Below are positions 62,554 to 64,000 of a stretch of DNA of 64,000 bases, in pieces (position 1 is the first letter of the stretch; each line of letters begins with the position of its first letter). The translations under genes were made by a program, and so were the position numbers. The notes under the pieces are model-generated. The model did not search any database and had not been told where the DNA came from. It saw only the letters and a program-made list of their open reading frames with translations. Origin of the DNA: Bdellovibrionales bacterium (GTDB lineage Bacteria; Bdellovibrionota; Bdellovibrionia; Bdellovibrionales; JAKFYE01); assembly GCA_965206675.1 (NCBI GenBank), contig CBDBKL010000005.1, positions 40,481-104,480 of the forward strand. The letters run 5' to 3'.

Positions 62554-64000
62554 GATTTTTATTAACCCTACTTGTGGCTTTTTCATTTCAGAATCATGCA
62601 TTAGCTGAAGATGATCTTTTGAGTATATTAGAAGGAGGTTCAGAAACTCCTTCTGTGAATAGGGATGACACTTTTATTCAAAAAATAAGAGCAAAGATAG
62701 GAAGAGTAACACCAGAGCAAAGTATATTTTTGGAATTTCTTAAAAAGGGTGAAATGGAAAAGGCTCTCTATCAATGGGAATCTGCTTTTAAGAAAACATC
62801 TTTTTCAAAGTCTGCCACAGGGAAAGCTTTGTATGGGTATGTTTTATTTCAAAATAAATTACATATTATTGGTATAGAGACTTTATTTGGAGTGGGTCGA
62901 CCTAAAAATATTATTCCAGAGCTTGGAAGCCTATGGAGGGAAGTGGCACCTGTTGAACATCCCGCTTGGGGTTTTGTGAATATCCAGTGGAAATCAGGTT
63001 GGACAAAAGTTTTTTCAATAGCAACAGAAGTTAGAGTGTTAGGAAGAAATATTTATAATTTGAAAAATCTTGATCCCATCATTGCTCTTTTAAAAAAAAC
63101 AGCCTTAAACACTTCTGAAAGGGCATGGTTAGAATGGCAATTGGTTTTAGGGTTAGCACTAAACGATGATATCGCAAAGTCTGCTAAAATTCTTAAACAC
63201 TTAATGGGTGTGAAAAATAATAAAGTAGACCTAAACCATATGAATATAACAGCTGCCCGCCTACTGTTTCAAAAGGGCTTTTTGAGTCCGGCTATTAGTT
63301 ATTACAAAAAAATCACTAAGGGTTCAGACTTTTGGCTAGAAGCTCAGGAAGAAATAGGCTGGTCTTATTTGCGTAGAGGTGAGCCTCAAAATACACTGAG
63401 CTTTACACAAACGCTGATGAATTCTGTGTTTGCAAATGAATTGGGGCCAGAGCCTGTTTTCCTACATGGGCTAGCTTTATTAAAAGTTTGTGATTATCCT
63501 GGTGTTATGCAGACTTTGAAAACATTTCGAGGTCGCTTTAGGCCTAAGATTAAAGAGTTACAAAAGCTGGCAAGTACAGGCCAAACAGAACATTCTGATA
63601 TTTTGATTAAAAAAATGAAGGAAAAGCGGATTAAAACCGTAGATCTCGGAAAATCAGCGACATTCCTACCTCGGTTGAGCAGTCGGGATGAGATTTTATT
63701 TGATCTTGTTGGAACCCAAAAGGCTTTAAAGAAAGAAGCTCAGTTGGCAGATGCACTCTATGCGAGGTCCTTAGTGGGTGGCACGGCTAAGGTTGGATTT
63801 CAAGCGGCTATGAAGAATTTAAAATCCGCTGTGGACTCAAGGTATCAAGCAGCGCAAAGTGCTTCCTACGCTCGTATTAAACTCTTGGCAAAGAATGAAT
63901 TAGCAGAAATTCGGCAAGTTTTACAGAGAATGCATATTGTGGAAGCTGAGGTTATTCAGCAAGTGGCTATGGCTTCAGATGTTGTGGCAGCAACAAAAGG
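62550..64000 (+). CDS. Large secreted helical-repeat protein, N-terminal part (runs off the window; not in the ORF track)
   Basis: An ATGA overlap joins it to the upstream stop. I translated this frame by hand and it stays open for all 483 codons to nt 64000. The signal peptide is MRFLLTLLVAFSFQNHALA. TPR-like segments are present (AARLLFQKGFLSPAISYYKKI). It may be GltC-like by position. Confidence 0.6.
   Translation, partial: MRFLLTLLVAFSFQNHALAEDDLLSILEGGSETPSVNRDDTFIQKIRAKIGRVTPEQSIFLEFLKKGEMEKALYQWESAFKKTSFSKSATGKALYGYVLFQNKLHIIGIETLFGVGRPKNIIPELGSLWREVAPVEHPAWGFVNIQWKSGWTKVFSIATEVRVLGRNIYNLKNLDPIIALLKKTALNTSERAWLEWQLVLGLALNDDIAKSAKILKHLMGVKNNKVDLNHMNITAARLLFQKGFLSPAISYYKKITKGSDFWLEAQEEIGWSYLRRGEPQNTLSFTQTLMNSVFANELGPEPVFLHGLALLKVCDYPGVMQTLKTFRGRFRPKIKELQKLASTGQTEHSDILIKKMKEKRIKTVDLGKSATFLPRLSSRDEILFDLVGTQKALKKEAQLADALYARSLVGGTAKVGFQAAMKNLKSAVDSRYQAAQSASYARIKLLAKNELAEIRQVLQRMHIVEAEVIQQVAMASDVVAATK

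Noticed and set aside
1-64000. Search for CRISPR arrays, rRNA, prophage modules, recognisable defence operons (RM, CBASS, Abi, retrons, TA pairs), or riboswitches upstream of lysC, glyQS and nupC
   Set aside because: No regularly spaced short repeats were seen, and no integrase, terminase, capsid, methylase or nuclease-helicase gene sets. The leaders before lysC (47 nt) and glyQS (overlap) are too short for L-box or T-box elements.

Overview
A 64-kb chromosomal segment from a visibly AT-rich diderm bacterium with frequent TTG/GTG starts and tight gene packing. The gene content fits a Bdellovibrio-like or Oligoflexia-type lineage: SpoVG, DUF1844, a MoxR/Bat-type operon, an Agl/Glt-like envelope machine and Sec-signal ankyrin proteins. 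Taxonomy cannot be proven from this window. Most of it is housekeeping: tRNA-Gln, spoVG, an htrA envelope-quality module, a 7-gene MoxR-DUF58-VWA-BatD operon running into two lytic transglycosylases, mrp, glyQS-ppdK-smc, nupC, nfu, ridA, a lolC/E-like permease, the DAP/lysine genes dapD-lysC-lysA, maeB and fadIJ. The most system-like block is 54.0 kb to the window end. It holds nine co-directional genes: one MotA/TolQ/ExbB channel, two ExbD/TolR paralogs, a 985-aa TPR-like protein, an 81-aa protein, an AgmX/PglI-type TonB-C-like protein, an acidic tandem-repeat lipoprotein, a small OM beta-barrel and a further large secreted protein. I read this as an Agl/Glt-like (gliding-type) trans-envelope proton-driven machine. 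Accessory patches are small. They include a direct-repeat-flanked AAA-ATPase/wHTH cassette beside two secreted ankyrin genes (5.5-9.8 kb). A scarred patch at 35.8-38.4 kb carries an XRE gene, a stand-alone AgmX-C-domain lipoprotein, an intact 752-bp IS1595-family element with an 8-bp target duplication, and a frameshifted ankyrin gene. There is also a frameshifted Fic gene and an Rpn-type nuclease. Two families of about 120-nt palindromic intergenic repeats occur just after stop codons, and one shows arm-to-arm compensatory changes between its two copies. I saw no CRISPR array, rRNA, prophage or recognisable defence operon. All functional calls rest on motifs read by eye in the supplied translations; no database search was possible.
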